A DNA stretch of 64,000 nt from an uncultured Pseudomonadales bacterium (lineage in GTDB: Bacteria; Pseudomonadota; Alphaproteobacteria; UBA2136; UBA6156): contig CAZROO010000006.1 of NCBI GenBank assembly GCA_964601735.1, positions 1,198 through 65,197 of the forward strand. The letters are read 5' to 3'. Shown piece by piece: positions 35,784 to 45,784 of the stretch. The stretch's first letter is position 1. Each line of letters begins with the position of its first letter. Made by a program: the position numbers and the translations under genes. The notes under the pieces are model-generated. The model was not told where the DNA came from. It saw only the letters and a program-made list of their open reading frames with translations, and searched no databases.

Positions 35784-37057
35784 TTCTTAAATTCAGGATA
35801 CAACGGGTATTTCTTGCAAAGCTTGAGCACTTCCGCCCGCACTTTCTTCTGCGTCGCCGCCAGTTGCTTGTCGCCCAGCCTGGTCGCCCGCAGCACCTCG
35901 GCGATCCACATGCCGATCTGCTTGAAGTCCTTCTCGTTAAAGCCGCGCGTGGTGCCCGCCGCACTGCCCAGCCGCAGGCCGCTGGTGACGGTCGGCTTTT
36001 CCGGGTCGTTGGGGATGGTGTTCTTGTTTGTGGTGAGCCCGGCGGCGTCCAGCGCTTCCTCGGCCACCTTGCCGGTCACGCCGATGGGACGCAGGTCAAC
36101 CAAACACAAATGGTTGTCGGTGCCGCCACTCACCAGCCGCAGCCCCTCCTCGCTCAACTGACCGGCCAGCGCCTTGCAGTTCTTCTTGACGTTTTTAATG
36201 TAGGTCCTGAAGCCCGGCTTCAGCGCCTCGCCAAACGCCACGGCCTTGGCGGCAATAATATGCTCCAGCGGCCCGCCCTGCAGCCCGGGGAAAATCGCGC
36301 TGTTGAGCTTTTTGGCGTATTCCTCGTTGTTGGTGAGGATGAGCCCGCCGCGTGGGCCCCGCAACGTCTTGTGGGTGGTGGTGGTCACTACGTCGGCGTG
36401 CGGGAACGGGTTGGGGTGCTCGCCCGCCGCCACCAACCCGGCAATGTGCGCCATGTCGACGAGAAAAATCGCCCCGACGCTCTTCGCAATCTTGCCGATC
36501 CGCTCAAAATCGATGACGCGCGGGTACGCGCTGGCGCCCGCGCTAATCAGCTTGGGCCGCACCTGGTTGGCGGTATATTCCAGGCCATCGTAGTCGATGG
36601 TTTCGGACGAGTTCAGCCCATAAAAATGCGCCTTGAGCCACTTGCCGGAAAGGTTCGCCGGATGGCCGTGCGTCAGGTGGCCGCCCTGGTCGAGCCGCAG
36701 GCCCAGAATGCTGTCGCCCGGCTGCAAAAAGGCAAAGTAGACGGCCTGGTTGGTCTGGCTGCCAGCGTGGGGCTGGACGTTGGCAAACTGGCACCCGAAC
36801 AGCTTTTTGGCGCGGTCGATGGCCAACTGCTCCACCACGTCCACCTCGGCGCAACCGCCGTAGTAGCGCTTGCCGGGGTAGCCTTCGGCGTACTTGTTGG
36901 TGAGCACGCTGCCCTGCGCTTCCAGCACCGCCGCGCTCACGTAATTTTCGCTGGCAATCAACTCAATGCCCTCGCGCTGGCGTTTCAGTTCCGCCGCAAT
37001 CCCCTTGGCCACGGCGGCGTCCTGTTTCATCAAAATACTGGTCGCCATTTCCTTCAC
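35780..37057 (-). CDS. glyA: Serine hydroxymethyltransferase
   Basis: 425 aa: [23 protein letters not shown] (PLP Lys). ATGA overlap with the rpiB stop. Confidence 0.97.
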   Translation of the reverse strand: MKEMATSILMKQDAAVAKGIAAELKRQREGIELIASENYVSAAVLEAQGSVLTNKYAEGYPGKRYYGGCAEVDVVEQLAIDRAKKLFGCQFANVQPHAGSQTNQAVYFAFLQPGDSILGLRLDQGGHLTHGHPANLSGKWLKAHFYGLNSSETIDYDGLEYTANQVRPKLISAGASAYPRVIDFERIGKIAKSVGAIFLVDMAHIAGLVAAGEHPNPFPHADVVTTTTHKTLRGPRGGLILTNNEEYAKKLNSAIFPGLQGGPLEHIIAAKAVAFGEALKPGFRTYIKNVKKNCKALAGQLSEEGLRLVSGGTDNHLCLVDLRPIGVTGKVAEEALDAAGLTTNKNTIPNDPEKPTVTSGLRLGSAAGTTRGFNEKDFKQIGMWIAEVLRATRLGDKQLAATQKKVRAEVLKLCKKYPLYPEFKK

Positions 37058-37506
37058 TCCTTACTTAAAACCGGTTCATCCAAAAGCTTCAGCCGCTTCA
37101 CCCGGCGCGGCAGGCTCTCAAATTCTGTCGTGAAAAAGGCCTCAAGCTGGCGCTCTATTTCTGCAGGATGCTCATACTGTGCCGCCACGCAAAGCACATT
37201 GCTGTCACCTGCTTCACGGTCATGCTTGATAATGCCCGTGTTCAACGCCATCGCCGCCCTCACCCCAGGATACCGGTTCGCCCGGATGCACATGAACCCG
37301 CCGCTCTTGCACAGCAGGATGCCCCGGTCGGCGTTCTTGCCCGCCACAGCCTTGGCCACGGCGTCGGCGTAGTCGGCGATCTTCTCGTCGGCTTCATATT
37401 TATGGGTGCCCACATCGGTCACCTTGTGGCCATTCTCCTCCAGCCACTTCACCACCACCAGCTTCAGCGGAAAACCATACATGTCGGCGCCGACCACAAC
37501 CTTCAT
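37054..37506 (-). CDS. rpiB: Ribose-5-phosphate isomerase B (RpiB/LacAB family)
   Basis: [15 protein letters not shown]...[24 protein letters not shown]. Confidence 0.85.
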   Translation of the reverse strand: MKVVVGADMYGFPLKLVVVKWLEENGHKVTDVGTHKYEADEKIADYADAVAKAVAGKNADRGILLCKSGGFMCIRANRYPGVRAAMALNTGIIKHDREAGDSNVLCVAAQYEHPAEIERQLEAFFTTEFESLPRRVKRLKLLDEPVLSKE

Positions 37507-37548
37507 CCCACAACGCCTCCTTTTGAATGGTATGCACTATAGCTCATA

Positions 37549-37642
37549 AGGTTATAGGTGTTAGGGGTTAGGTGTTAGGAATGTGCCCGATAAATAAACG
37601 GGCCATTGGCCCGCCTAACACCTAAAACCTGGCACCACCTAG
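37549..37642. repeat. Heptad-array hairpin between the hypothetical gene stop and rpiB start
   Basis: aggttat aggtgtt aggggtt aggtgtt agg -loop with inner hairpin GGGCCattGGCCC- cctaaca cctaaaa cctggca ccaccta. Confidence 0.7.
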
Positions 37643-38295
37643 ACCAGTTTGTCCACCGCCGTCACCACCGGCGCGGGGGTGGGGTTGGCCGGTTGCGGGG
37701 CAGGCGCAGGCGTGCTGTCGTCGCCATGCGCAACCACCATCTTCAGCACCACCGGCTGCGGCGCGGCGGCCACGGCCTGCCGGGCGCTCACGCCCCGGGT
37801 CTGCTGGGCCACATCGCTCAGTACCTGGCGCACGCGGCGGGCCACTTCCTGCTCGCCCTGGCCTTGCGGCACCGAGAGGTTCAACCCGTAAGCCCGCAGC
37901 GCGGTCATCACCGGCCAGCGCGGGAATCCTTCGGTGTCGGTGTTCTTGAAATACATGCCCATGCCGGAAACCTCGTTGAGCACCTGCTGCTTGAGGGCGG
38001 GGTTTTCAATGCCCGCATCCACCTGCGCCACGGCGGCGGAAAGCGCGCTCACCTGGTCGCGGCTTAAACCGCCATCGGTCAACTGGGTCAAAACCTGCAA
38101 GGCTTCGCTGGAAGGACTGATGCCCATATTGGGTCCGGTCACCGCCACGTATGCCGCAGCCGAAGCATCAAGCCCCGTTCCCGCACCGCTTAAGGTCACA
38201 CTCTCTCCCATCAGTCTTCCTGACTGTTGTTTTCTCCAGCCTTCAAGGGGTTCCAATCCTTCAAGGCCTAGCCATCCTAGCTCACGTCCCATCAT
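37639..38295 (-). CDS. Hypothetical protein (Ala/Gly/Pro-rich ends)
   Basis: 218-aa ORF with coding-like GC3. Alternative start MGESVTLSG at 38211 has AGGAAG 5 nt upstream. No motif recognised. Confidence 0.5.
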   Translation of the reverse strand: MMGRELGWLGLEGLEPLEGWRKQQSGRLMGESVTLSGAGTGLDASAAAYVAVTGPNMGISPSSEALQVLTQLTDGGLSRDQVSALSAAVAQVDAGIENPALKQQVLNEVSGMGMYFKNTDTEGFPRWPVMTALRAYGLNLSVPQGQGEQEVARRVRQVLSDVAQQTRGVSARQAVAAAPQPVVLKMVVAHGDDSTPAPAPQPANPTPAPVVTAVDKLV

Positions 38296-38422
38296 AGGCC
38301 CCTGTCCCGGCCGGGCAACATATATTGCACACCAGCAGTATACGGAGAGCCCAAATCACAGGCAGGTGTATGACAATACCGCAACAAACCGTCGCAATTA
38401 ACTGTTTTTAAACGGCTAAACT

Positions 38423-39742
38423 CTAAATTTCGACTTTTTCGATGGCCAGGTTCAACCCGCACAACCGTGCCGCAATGTCACCATAGCCACGCTCAATCCG
38501 CTCCACATGAGTGAGCGTGGTGCAGCCTTTGGCCGCAGCGGCGGCAATCACGTAGGCCAGCCCGGCGCGAAGGTCCGGCACTTCCACCGGCTTGTCCAGA
38601 GCGGTCAGCGGCGTAGCGCCGGTAATCATGGCGCTGTGCGCGTGGCCGCGGTGCTCAAAGCGGCAGGGCTTGCCGATGCACTCGGTACTCAACTGGATTT
38701 TCGCACCCATCCGGTTGAGCACATGGGTGTAGCCAAAGCGGCTCTCGTACACGGTTTCGTGGATGACGCTGATGCCCTGCGCCTGGGTCAGCAGCACGGC
38801 AAAAGGCTGCTGCCAGTCGGTGGCAAAGCCGGGGTACACGTCGGTTTCAAGCATAATCGGCTTCAAATCGCCCGCACGGTAAAAGCGCAGGCTTTGCTCG
38901 CCGAGCAAATCAAAGCCGCCGCCCACCTGGCGGTAATAGGCCAAAAAATTGTTGAGCGTGTCGGGCTGGATGCCATGCACGGTAATCCCGCCGTCGGTGG
39001 CGCAGGCCAGGCTGGCCCAGCTCGCGGCCTCAATCCGGTCACCCAGGCAATGGATATTGGTGCCGCCGAGCTTCTCCACCCCCTGCACCCGAATCTCCCG
39101 CCCCGGCGTCACGAAAATAATCGCGCCCATCGCCCGCAGCATCGCCACCAGCGCCAGAATCTCCGGCTCGACGGCGGCGTTCTTAATCACCGTGGTGCCC
39201 TGTGCCAGCACGCTGTACAGCAAACAGCTTTCGGTGGCACCCACACTCGGGTACGGCAGGGTGTAATGAATCGCCTGCAAGCCGCCATTGGCTTCCGCCA
39301 AAAATCCGCCTTCCTCGTGCCCCACCTTCGCGCCGAACATCTTGCCCGCCTCGATGTGGAAATCCACTTTGCGCGCCCCAATCGCGTCGCCGTCGAGCAC
39401 CGGTACGCGGGCACGCCCAAAGCGGTGCAGCAATACGGGAATGAACAGAATCGGAATCCGGTTGCTGCCGGAATCCGGCATCTTCATGTGCCAATCCTTG
39501 ATGCCGCGCGGGTCAAGCTCCAGCGTCCCCGCGGCCTTGTCCCAGGCCACCTTGGCGCCCAGACCCTGCACCATCTCCACCAGAATCTGCACCTCGCCAA
39601 TCGGCGGTACGTTGGCCAGCCGGGTGGGCGTGTCGCCCAAACAGGCGGCCACCAAGGCCTTGTTGATGAAATTCTTCGCCCCATAGCAGGTAATCTCGCC
39701 CTTCACGGGCCGCCCGCCGGTTACCTTGTACGCCGCTGTCAT
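38423..39742 (-). CDS. murA: UDP-N-acetylglucosamine 1-carboxyvinyltransferase (MurA family), divergent, Asp at the active-site Cys position
   Basis: Start re-picked at MTAAYKVTGGRPVKGEITCYGAKN (Lys22-type GAKN). VLDGDAIGARKVDFHI aligns with E. coli LPGGCTIGARPVDLHI. GDRIEA and VPDLRAG are conserved. Confidence 0.8.
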   Translation of the reverse strand: MTAAYKVTGGRPVKGEITCYGAKNFINKALVAACLGDTPTRLANVPPIGEVQILVEMVQGLGAKVAWDKAAGTLELDPRGIKDWHMKMPDSGSNRIPILFIPVLLHRFGRARVPVLDGDAIGARKVDFHIEAGKMFGAKVGHEEGGFLAEANGGLQAIHYTLPYPSVGATESCLLYSVLAQGTTVIKNAAVEPEILALVAMLRAMGAIIFVTPGREIRVQGVEKLGGTNIHCLGDRIEAASWASLACATDGGITVHGIQPDTLNNFLAYYRQVGGGFDLLGEQSLRFYRAGDLKPIMLETDVYPGFATDWQQPFAVLLTQAQGISVIHETVYESRFGYTHVLNRMGAKIQLSTECIGKPCRFEHRGHAHSAMITGATPLTALDKPVEVPDLRAGLAYVIAAAAAKGCTTLTHVERIERGYGDIAARLCGLNLAIEKVEI

Positions 39743-39817
39743 GGCCACCGTTATAAGCGCAGGGGTACCAAAAACAAAGCCCCCCAAGGTCATTGGCGGG
39801 GCTTTTTTCAAAAGATA

Positions 39818-40024
39818 TCAATGTCGCTGTCGCACGGCTTCAATCCTGTCGTTCAACTCCACCTGCTTCATCTTGAGCGACCTGATCACATCCTCACGCA
39901 CCCAAGCATGGGCACGTTCCTGCCTAATCCGTTCCTCAATATCTTCATGTTCCCGAAGCATATGCTGCACATGCGGCTGCTGCTTAATCCGTGCGTTGAG
40001 GGGATGATTGCCATTATACGCCAT
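39818..40024 (-). CDS. Small DUF465/YdcH-like protein
   Basis: 68 aa. ...HMLREHEDIEERI...EDVIRSLKMKQVELNDRIE resembles the YdcH-type helical pattern (..LKK.KL.LKDEI). Confidence 0.5.
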   Translation of the reverse strand: MAYNGNHPLNARIKQQPHVQHMLREHEDIEERIRQERAHAWVREDVIRSLKMKQVELNDRIEAVRQRH

Positions 40025-40179
40025 TCGAGTGTTCCCTTTCGATTCAGGTTCATCTTAAGCACGCGGGTACATTATGACCTTCTTCATGCGCGCGTTCAAT
40101 TGCGTAAACACGCAACATTCATATGGCTTATAAGTATCGCTTGAACTGACAGGGACTGGCTAAGCTCCTAACAACCTTC

Positions 40180-40272
40180 AAACCTACGGCCTCCGGCCCG
40201 GTTTGGCCTTTCGCGCTGCGCGCACGGCTTTTCCCTTATGAAGTCCGCCTGCGGCGGAAAGCGCTCACGCGT
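40180..40272 (+). repeat. Dispersed ~95-nt repeat, copy 1
   Basis: ...CCTCCGGCcCGGTTtgGCCTtTCGCGCTgCGCGC..GGC..ttCCCTTATGAAGTCCGCCTgCGGCGGAAAgCGCtCaCGCGTC. Matches 46194..46290 in the same orientation. Confidence 0.65.
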
Positions 40273-40293
40273 CTCAAGTGCCTGCGGCATGCG

Positions 40294-41826
40294 CTAAGAA
40301 GCGCTTACACTTACATGCTCCCACGCCGCCTTCACCACCTTGCGCACCTGGTCGGCGTTGGCCGAATGGTCGAACAGCCCGCCGCTGGTCGGGGTCTCCA
40401 CCGGCCCGGTCTGGGCGGCGGCAAAACTGCCCAGGGGCACCAGGTACACCTTGGGCGGCTTCATGTCGGCCTGACGGTACACCCGGCGGTAGCTTTCAAA
40501 GCGCAGCTCCATTTCGCCGTGCAGGCGCTTGGCGATGCTCTCCAGCACGGCCTTGGGCACCTCGTTCATCGGGCGGCTGATCTCCAGCACCCACACCGGC
40601 TGGCGCTCAGCCACGCGGTGGCCCAGCAAGGCGTCGCGGATAAACACCCCATGCCCACTTAGCGCCATGTTAATGTTGGCCAACGCCTCCACCACCGCAT
40701 CCTCGCGGATGCCCTCGCCCAGCCCGTCCAGCCGGGTGGCGGGGCCGCGCAGGCTCACGTGCAGCGGGTCGGTTTGCAGCACCTTCACCAACTGGCCGCT
40801 GGCCACGCCCAGCAAGCCGCTCTGGGTGGTCATCACCGGCATGTATTCCTGCCCCGGCTCCACCTGGCCGCCGTGCAGGCGGCGGAAGTTCCGAACCAGT
40901 TTGCCGTCCGGCGTCACGTCGGCGGCGGGCACAAACTCGTAAAACACCTGGCCGCCGCCATCCATCTCCAGCCGCTGCCTAATGTTAATGTCGTACTGCG
41001 CGGCGCACAGCCCGGTGGGCTGCCACACATATTGCAGCCACTTCACCTGTTCCAACCCCTTCAGCAGGTAGCCGATCTCGGTACGCTGCAACGCCACCTC
41101 GTAGTGGTTGAACAGCATCGCCTGCAGGTTCGGCACCAGCCTGGCCAGCGGCGTGAACTTGCCCTCCTGCTGGCTCACGTACAGCATAAAATCAATCAGC
41201 GTCTTGGGCGACGTCACCAGCACGCTCACCTCGCCGCCCACCTGCCGCAACTGGTCGAGCAGCGCGGCAAACCAGGCAAAGCGGCTGCCGCCGGCGGCGC
41301 TCAGGGCCTCCATGCGCGGCAACACCCAGCGGCGGCGCCACCAGCCGCGCTGGCCGTCCAGCGCCGTGCCCAGCCCCACCATCGGCGTGCCGGGGCCGCG
41401 GTGCACAGGTTCCAGGTCGGGCAGGTAAAAAAACGCGCCGTTCAGGGTCAGACCCTGGGCCTGCATGCGGCTCTTCATCCGGGCCTCGGCGTGCAGCAGG
41501 TCGTCGCCCAGCGCACGGCTCCACGGCAGCGGCAGGCCTTTCCACGGCACGGTCTTGTCCACCCGGCCACGGGTTATCAGCCCCGGGCTTTGCAGCACCA
41601 GCGGCAGGGCCTGGCCGGGGGGCTGCAAAATCCGCCCCAGCCCTTCCAGCCAGCTTTTGGGACTCTGTACCGGCACCGCACGGGTAAAGCTCTGGTAGAG
41701 CAGCTCAAAATCGCGGTACGAATTCAGCTTCTGCAAGCCCAAATGCCCGTATAGCGAACTGCGGGCGTTGGCCTTGATCACCCGCCGCAGCGCGCGCTCC
41801 TGCTGCTCGGCAAAAGTCATTGCCAC
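40294..41826 (-). CDS. GH3-family-like protein (bacterial GH3 / acyl-acid amido synthetase superfamily), catalytic motifs degenerate
   Basis: 510 aa. Collinear by eye with bacterial GH3 proteins: RAVPVQ, LVPNLQAMLFNHY, QVFYEFVP, EPGQEYMPVMTTQSGLLGV, PVWVLEI. SSGTT, GLWRYxIGD and GRT equivalents are replaced (SPGLI, GLLGVASGQ, RGP). Confidence 0.45.
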   Translation of the reverse strand: MAMTFAEQQERALRRVIKANARSSLYGHLGLQKLNSYRDFELLYQSFTRAVPVQSPKSWLEGLGRILQPPGQALPLVLQSPGLITRGRVDKTVPWKGLPLPWSRALGDDLLHAEARMKSRMQAQGLTLNGAFFYLPDLEPVHRGPGTPMVGLGTALDGQRGWWRRRWVLPRMEALSAAGGSRFAWFAALLDQLRQVGGEVSVLVTSPKTLIDFMLYVSQQEGKFTPLARLVPNLQAMLFNHYEVALQRTEIGYLLKGLEQVKWLQYVWQPTGLCAAQYDINIRQRLEMDGGGQVFYEFVPAADVTPDGKLVRNFRRLHGGQVEPGQEYMPVMTTQSGLLGVASGQLVKVLQTDPLHVSLRGPATRLDGLGEGIREDAVVEALANINMALSGHGVFIRDALLGHRVAERQPVWVLEISRPMNEVPKAVLESIAKRLHGEMELRFESYRRVYRQADMKPPKVYLVPLGSFAAAQTGPVETPTSGGLFDHSANADQVRKVVKAAWEHVSVSAS

Positions 41827-41855
41827 AAGGGCCTCCCCGGGCGTAGCCTAGCGGC

Positions 41856-42056
41856 ATGACCCTTCATACGCTCTTCCCCCCGCTGATGGTCGCCACCTTT
41901 CTCGGTGCCGTCATTGTCCTGCTCATCGGCGTCTCCGGCATGGCGGGCACCAAAACCGACGACAAAAACCGCAGCACGCAACTCATGGCGCTGCGGGTCG
42001 GCCTGTGCGGGGTGCTGCTGCTCGAAATCATTTTCTATATCACTTTTGTGCGCTAG
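41856..42056 (+). CDS. Twin-transmembrane-helix small protein (HIG1 domain)
   Basis: 66 aa with two TM helices and a loop ...KNRSTQLMALRVGL resembling the SN.LMR.RV signature. Confidence 0.7.
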   Translation: MTLHTLFPPLMVATFLGAVIVLLIGVSGMAGTKTDDKNRSTQLMALRVGLCGVLLLEIIFYITFVR

Positions 42057-44460
42057 CGGGCTTGGCCGGATTACCGGGTTTACGGCTTACCGGCTTACCT
42101 GATTTCTTGCCGCCCGTTTTCTCACCCGGCTTCTCCCCATTCTCGTAACCCTTACCATTCACCACCGGTAACCCGGCAACACCGTTACCCGGTAATCCGA
42201 TAGGCGCCCCCACCAGCTTCGCCGCCTCTACATAATCGGCAGCAACCTTACCGTTATACTCGGCCACCAGGCGCGGCAAATCGGGCTGCGGCTTGCCCAG
42301 GTGCCAGCCCTGGCCATAGCCCACGCCCAGCTCGGTCAGCAGGGTCATGATGTCGCCGTTCTCGACGAACTCGGCAATAGTTTCAATGCCCAGGCCCTTG
42401 CACAACTGCACCATGCTGGCCACAAACAGCTTGTCGTCGGCGTCCTGCAAAATGCCCTTGATGTACTCACCGTCGATTTTCACAATATCCACGTCCAGCA
42501 CCTTCAGGTACCTGAAGCTGGTGAAGCCGGTGCCAAAGTCGTCCAACGCAAAACGGAAACCCAAACTGCGCAGCTCATTCACAAAGCCGTGGATTTCGCC
42601 GATGTCGCGCATCTGTGCGGGGTCGTGGAGCGCCATGGTTTCGGTCACCTCAAACACAATGGTCGAGGGGCTCACCGGAATCTCCTTCATCAGCTGCTTG
42701 AGCTTCTTCATCACGGCGGGGTCACCCAGGCTGCGGCAGCTCAGGTTGATGGAAATATCCGCCTCCAGCCCCTGCTTCTTCAACTGCATCTGGGTCTCGA
42801 ACACCCGGCGCACCACAGCGAGGTCAAGCTGCTGAATCAAGCCGAAGTGCTCGGCGGCATCAATGTAAAGGGCGGGGCTGCCAATCTTGCCGTTCTCGTC
42901 GTAAATCCGCAGCAGCGCCTCAAACAGCGGGCGCGGATGCTTGCCCACCGGCACAATCGGCTGATAGTGCATTTCAAAGTCGCCGGTTTCCAGGCACACG
43001 CGCAGGCGGTCAACCCACTTCAACTGGGCGCGCACGCTGCCGATGCTCTCCTCGTTGGCGTCGGCGGCATCCACGAACAGGCGGTTGCGGCCCATGTCCT
43101 TGGCCTTGTACATGGCCAGGTCGGCGCTCATAATCAGGTGCTCGGCGCCCTTGTCGCCAATCGGGTATTGCACCATGCCAACGCTCATGGTCACGGTAAG
43201 CTTGGCGCCGTGGTAATCCACATAAAAGGCGTTGACACGCTCAATCATCTTCTGCGCCTTTTCGCTGGCGGCGGGCACCGAAATATTGTGCATAATCACC
43301 GCAAACTCGTCGCCGCCCAGCCGCGCCACCACATCGGTACTGCGCACAGTCTCGCGCAGAATATTGCTGAGCCCAATCAGAATCTGGTCACCCGCCTCGT
43401 GCCCGTGGGTGTCGTTGATTTCCTTGAAGCGGTCGAGGTCGATAAACACCACCACGCCGCTGGTATGGTGACGGCGGCTCAACATCACCGCGCGCTCCAG
43501 TTCTTCCTTAAAGCGGTGACGGTTGAGCAGCCCGGTCAGATGGTCGGTGGTCGCCAGGCGGAACATATTGTCCGAGGCCAGCTTGGTGCTGGTCACGTTG
43601 CAGGCCACGCCGCGGTAGCCTATCAACTGGCCAAAACCGTCCAGCACCGGCACGCCGCTCATGCGCAGGCAAATCTTCTCGCCGTTGCGGGCGCGGGTCC
43701 AGAATTCCAAATCGCGGTAGCTCTCCTGCCGCTCCACCCGGCTCAAAATCATGTCGCGGGCGGCATCGGCGGGGTCATCGAACAAGGCAGTCAGTTGCAT
43801 CCGGCCAATCATGTCCTCGGGTTCAAACCCCAGCACTGTGGTCACGCCGGGGCTCACGTAGGTAAACGACAAATGAGTATCCACCTCCCACAACCAGTCG
43901 GCGCTACTGCCGGCAAAGTCCTTGAAACGCTGTTCGCTCCGCTCCAGTTCCTCCGCCGCGCGGCGCCGGGCGCTAATATCCCGCGCATGCACCACCGCGT
44001 GCCGAATTAACCAATCGGTATCCGGTAGCCCGTGCGCCACAGCCTCCACATGCAGCCAGGCATCGCCCTGCGGCAACCGAAAGCGCAATGCCGTCTCCTC
44101 CGCAGGCTCGCCGCGCAGCGCGCGGTCGAGCAGGCGCTGCCAGGCCTCGCGGTCATTGGGGTGCAACACCTCCACCAGCGCACGTTGCTTCATGTCCTCG
44201 GGCGCATAACCCAGCAAGCGACTCCAGGCGCGGTTCACATATTCAATATCGCCGGCGGCATTGGTCACGGCCACCAAATCGAACGCCTGGTCCACCATCA
44301 GCTTAAAGCGGCGGCTCACCCCTTCCAGCCCCCTGGTGCGGTCGGCCACGGCATGCTCCACCCAGCGGCGCTTCATGCGCCAGCTTTGAGCCAAAACGGC
44401 CAGCACCGTCCCCAGCGCGGCAACGGCAACCCAGACCCACAGCGGCAGTTCAGTTATCAT
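42040..44460 (-). CDS. PAS/PAC - GGDEF - EAL signalling protein (c-di-GMP turnover)
   Basis: 806 aa with an N-terminal TM and two PAS segments. RLGGDEFAVIM (GGDEF). EAL domain with FEALLRI, EVTET and DDFGTG. Confidence 0.9.
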   Translation of the reverse strand: MITELPLWVWVAVAALGTVLAVLAQSWRMKRRWVEHAVADRTRGLEGVSRRFKLMVDQAFDLVAVTNAAGDIEYVNRAWSRLLGYAPEDMKQRALVEVLHPNDREAWQRLLDRALRGEPAEETALRFRLPQGDAWLHVEAVAHGLPDTDWLIRHAVVHARDISARRRAAEELERSEQRFKDFAGSSADWLWEVDTHLSFTYVSPGVTTVLGFEPEDMIGRMQLTALFDDPADAARDMILSRVERQESYRDLEFWTRARNGEKICLRMSGVPVLDGFGQLIGYRGVACNVTSTKLASDNMFRLATTDHLTGLLNRHRFKEELERAVMLSRRHHTSGVVVFIDLDRFKEINDTHGHEAGDQILIGLSNILRETVRSTDVVARLGGDEFAVIMHNISVPAASEKAQKMIERVNAFYVDYHGAKLTVTMSVGMVQYPIGDKGAEHLIMSADLAMYKAKDMGRNRLFVDAADANEESIGSVRAQLKWVDRLRVCLETGDFEMHYQPIVPVGKHPRPLFEALLRIYDENGKIGSPALYIDAAEHFGLIQQLDLAVVRRVFETQMQLKKQGLEADISINLSCRSLGDPAVMKKLKQLMKEIPVSPSTIVFEVTETMALHDPAQMRDIGEIHGFVNELRSLGFRFALDDFGTGFTSFRYLKVLDVDIVKIDGEYIKGILQDADDKLFVASMVQLCKGLGIETIAEFVENGDIMTLLTELGVGYGQGWHLGKPQPDLPRLVAEYNGKVAADYVEAAKLVGAPIGLPGNGVAGLPVVNGKGYENGEKPGEKTGGKKSGKPVSRKPGNPAKPASAQK

Positions 44461-44476
44461 TTTTATTAAAATAAGT

Positions 44477-45784
44477 TTACGACAGCTTATGCCATAAGCC
44501 TAAATCGTCTGCGCGTAATTTGACCTTCAAATGCCATTCCTCGTCGGTGAGTTGTTTCTCCACCACTTCGCCGTGGGCATACAGCCACGCCAACCGACGC
44601 CCATCCCCGGCGGGTACCACCACATCCAACGTCTGCCAGTTGCTCTTGAGCGTCTTCTCCACCGCCTCAAGCAATTCCTGCACGCCCGCGCCGGTCAGAC
44701 CGCTCACGCCGATGCCGTTCTTCGGCACGCGGTCACCGGTCTCGAGTTTATCAATCTTGTTATACACATGGATCACCCGCTTGATGTCCGCACCAATCTC
44801 GGCCAGCACCACGTCCACATCGCGGGCCTGCGCCATCCACTCGGGGTTGGAAAGGTCATGCACCTGCAACAGCACATCGGCCAGCACCACTTCCTCCAGC
44901 GTGGCCTTAAAGGCTTCCACCAGTTCGTGCGGCAGGTCGGCAATAAATCCGACCGTATCAATCAGCAGAATATCCAGCCCGCCCGGCAGTTCCAGCCGCC
45001 GCATCAGGGGGTCGAGGGTAGCGAACAACGCATCGGCAACCAGCGTCCCGGCACTCACCAGCTGGTTGAACAGCGTGCTCTTGCCCGCATTGGTGTAGCC
45101 CACCAGCGCCACGGTGGGCAGGTGGGCCTTGGCCCGGGCCATACGCTGAAGCCCGCGCGTCTGCTCGACAGTCTGCAATTCTTTTTTCACCCCGGCAATG
45201 CGTTCGCGAATCAAGCGCTTGTCGATTTCGAGTTGCCGTTCCCCCGGCCCACCGGTCTTGCCCAGCCCCCCACGTTGCCTTTCCAGGTGGGTCCACTGTC
45301 GCACCAGCCGGGTGCTCTGGTAGTTGAGCTGCGCCAGTTCCACCTGCAATTTCCCGGCAGCCGTCCGCGCGCGCCGGGCAAAAATTTCCAGAATCAAGCC
45401 GGTGCGGTCGAGCACCTTGGTCTTCATCCCCTCCTCCAGTTCGCGCTGCTGGCGCGGGCTCAGACTGGCATCCACCACCACCACTTCAAGCTGGTGCGCC
45501 GCCACACGCTCGGCCCACTCCAGTACCTTACCGCCACCGAGCAGCGACGACGGGTTGATTTCCTTGAGCTGAACGCTTTCCGACTCCACCACCTCAAGCC
45601 CGAGCGACTCCGCCAACCCCACGGCCTCAAACAACTGCTGGGCGGGCGTGCGGCTGCTGGTATGGCCGAGCACACGCCCGGGAACCTGGCCATTTGCCTC
45701 TTCCCCCGCCGCCGCGTTGGCATGACGCCGCCCGGCCCAACTCACCCCGATGACCCCGGCCTTAATCAATAACTGTTTCTGCAT
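44477..45784 (-). CDS. hflX: GTPase HflX
   Basis: Start re-picked at MQKQLLIKAGVIGV. ILEIFARRARTAAGKLQVELAQL (HflX N-domain). G1 GYTNAGKSTLFN, DTVGF, NKID. Confidence 0.9.
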   Translation of the reverse strand: MQKQLLIKAGVIGVSWAGRRHANAAAGEEANGQVPGRVLGHTSSRTPAQQLFEAVGLAESLGLEVVESESVQLKEINPSSLLGGGKVLEWAERVAAHQLEVVVVDASLSPRQQRELEEGMKTKVLDRTGLILEIFARRARTAAGKLQVELAQLNYQSTRLVRQWTHLERQRGGLGKTGGPGERQLEIDKRLIRERIAGVKKELQTVEQTRGLQRMARAKAHLPTVALVGYTNAGKSTLFNQLVSAGTLVADALFATLDPLMRRLELPGGLDILLIDTVGFIADLPHELVEAFKATLEEVVLADVLLQVHDLSNPEWMAQARDVDVVLAEIGADIKRVIHVYNKIDKLETGDRVPKNGIGVSGLTGAGVQELLEAVEKTLKSNWQTLDVVVPAGDGRRLAWLYAHGEVVEKQLTDEEWHLKVKLRADDLGLWHKLS

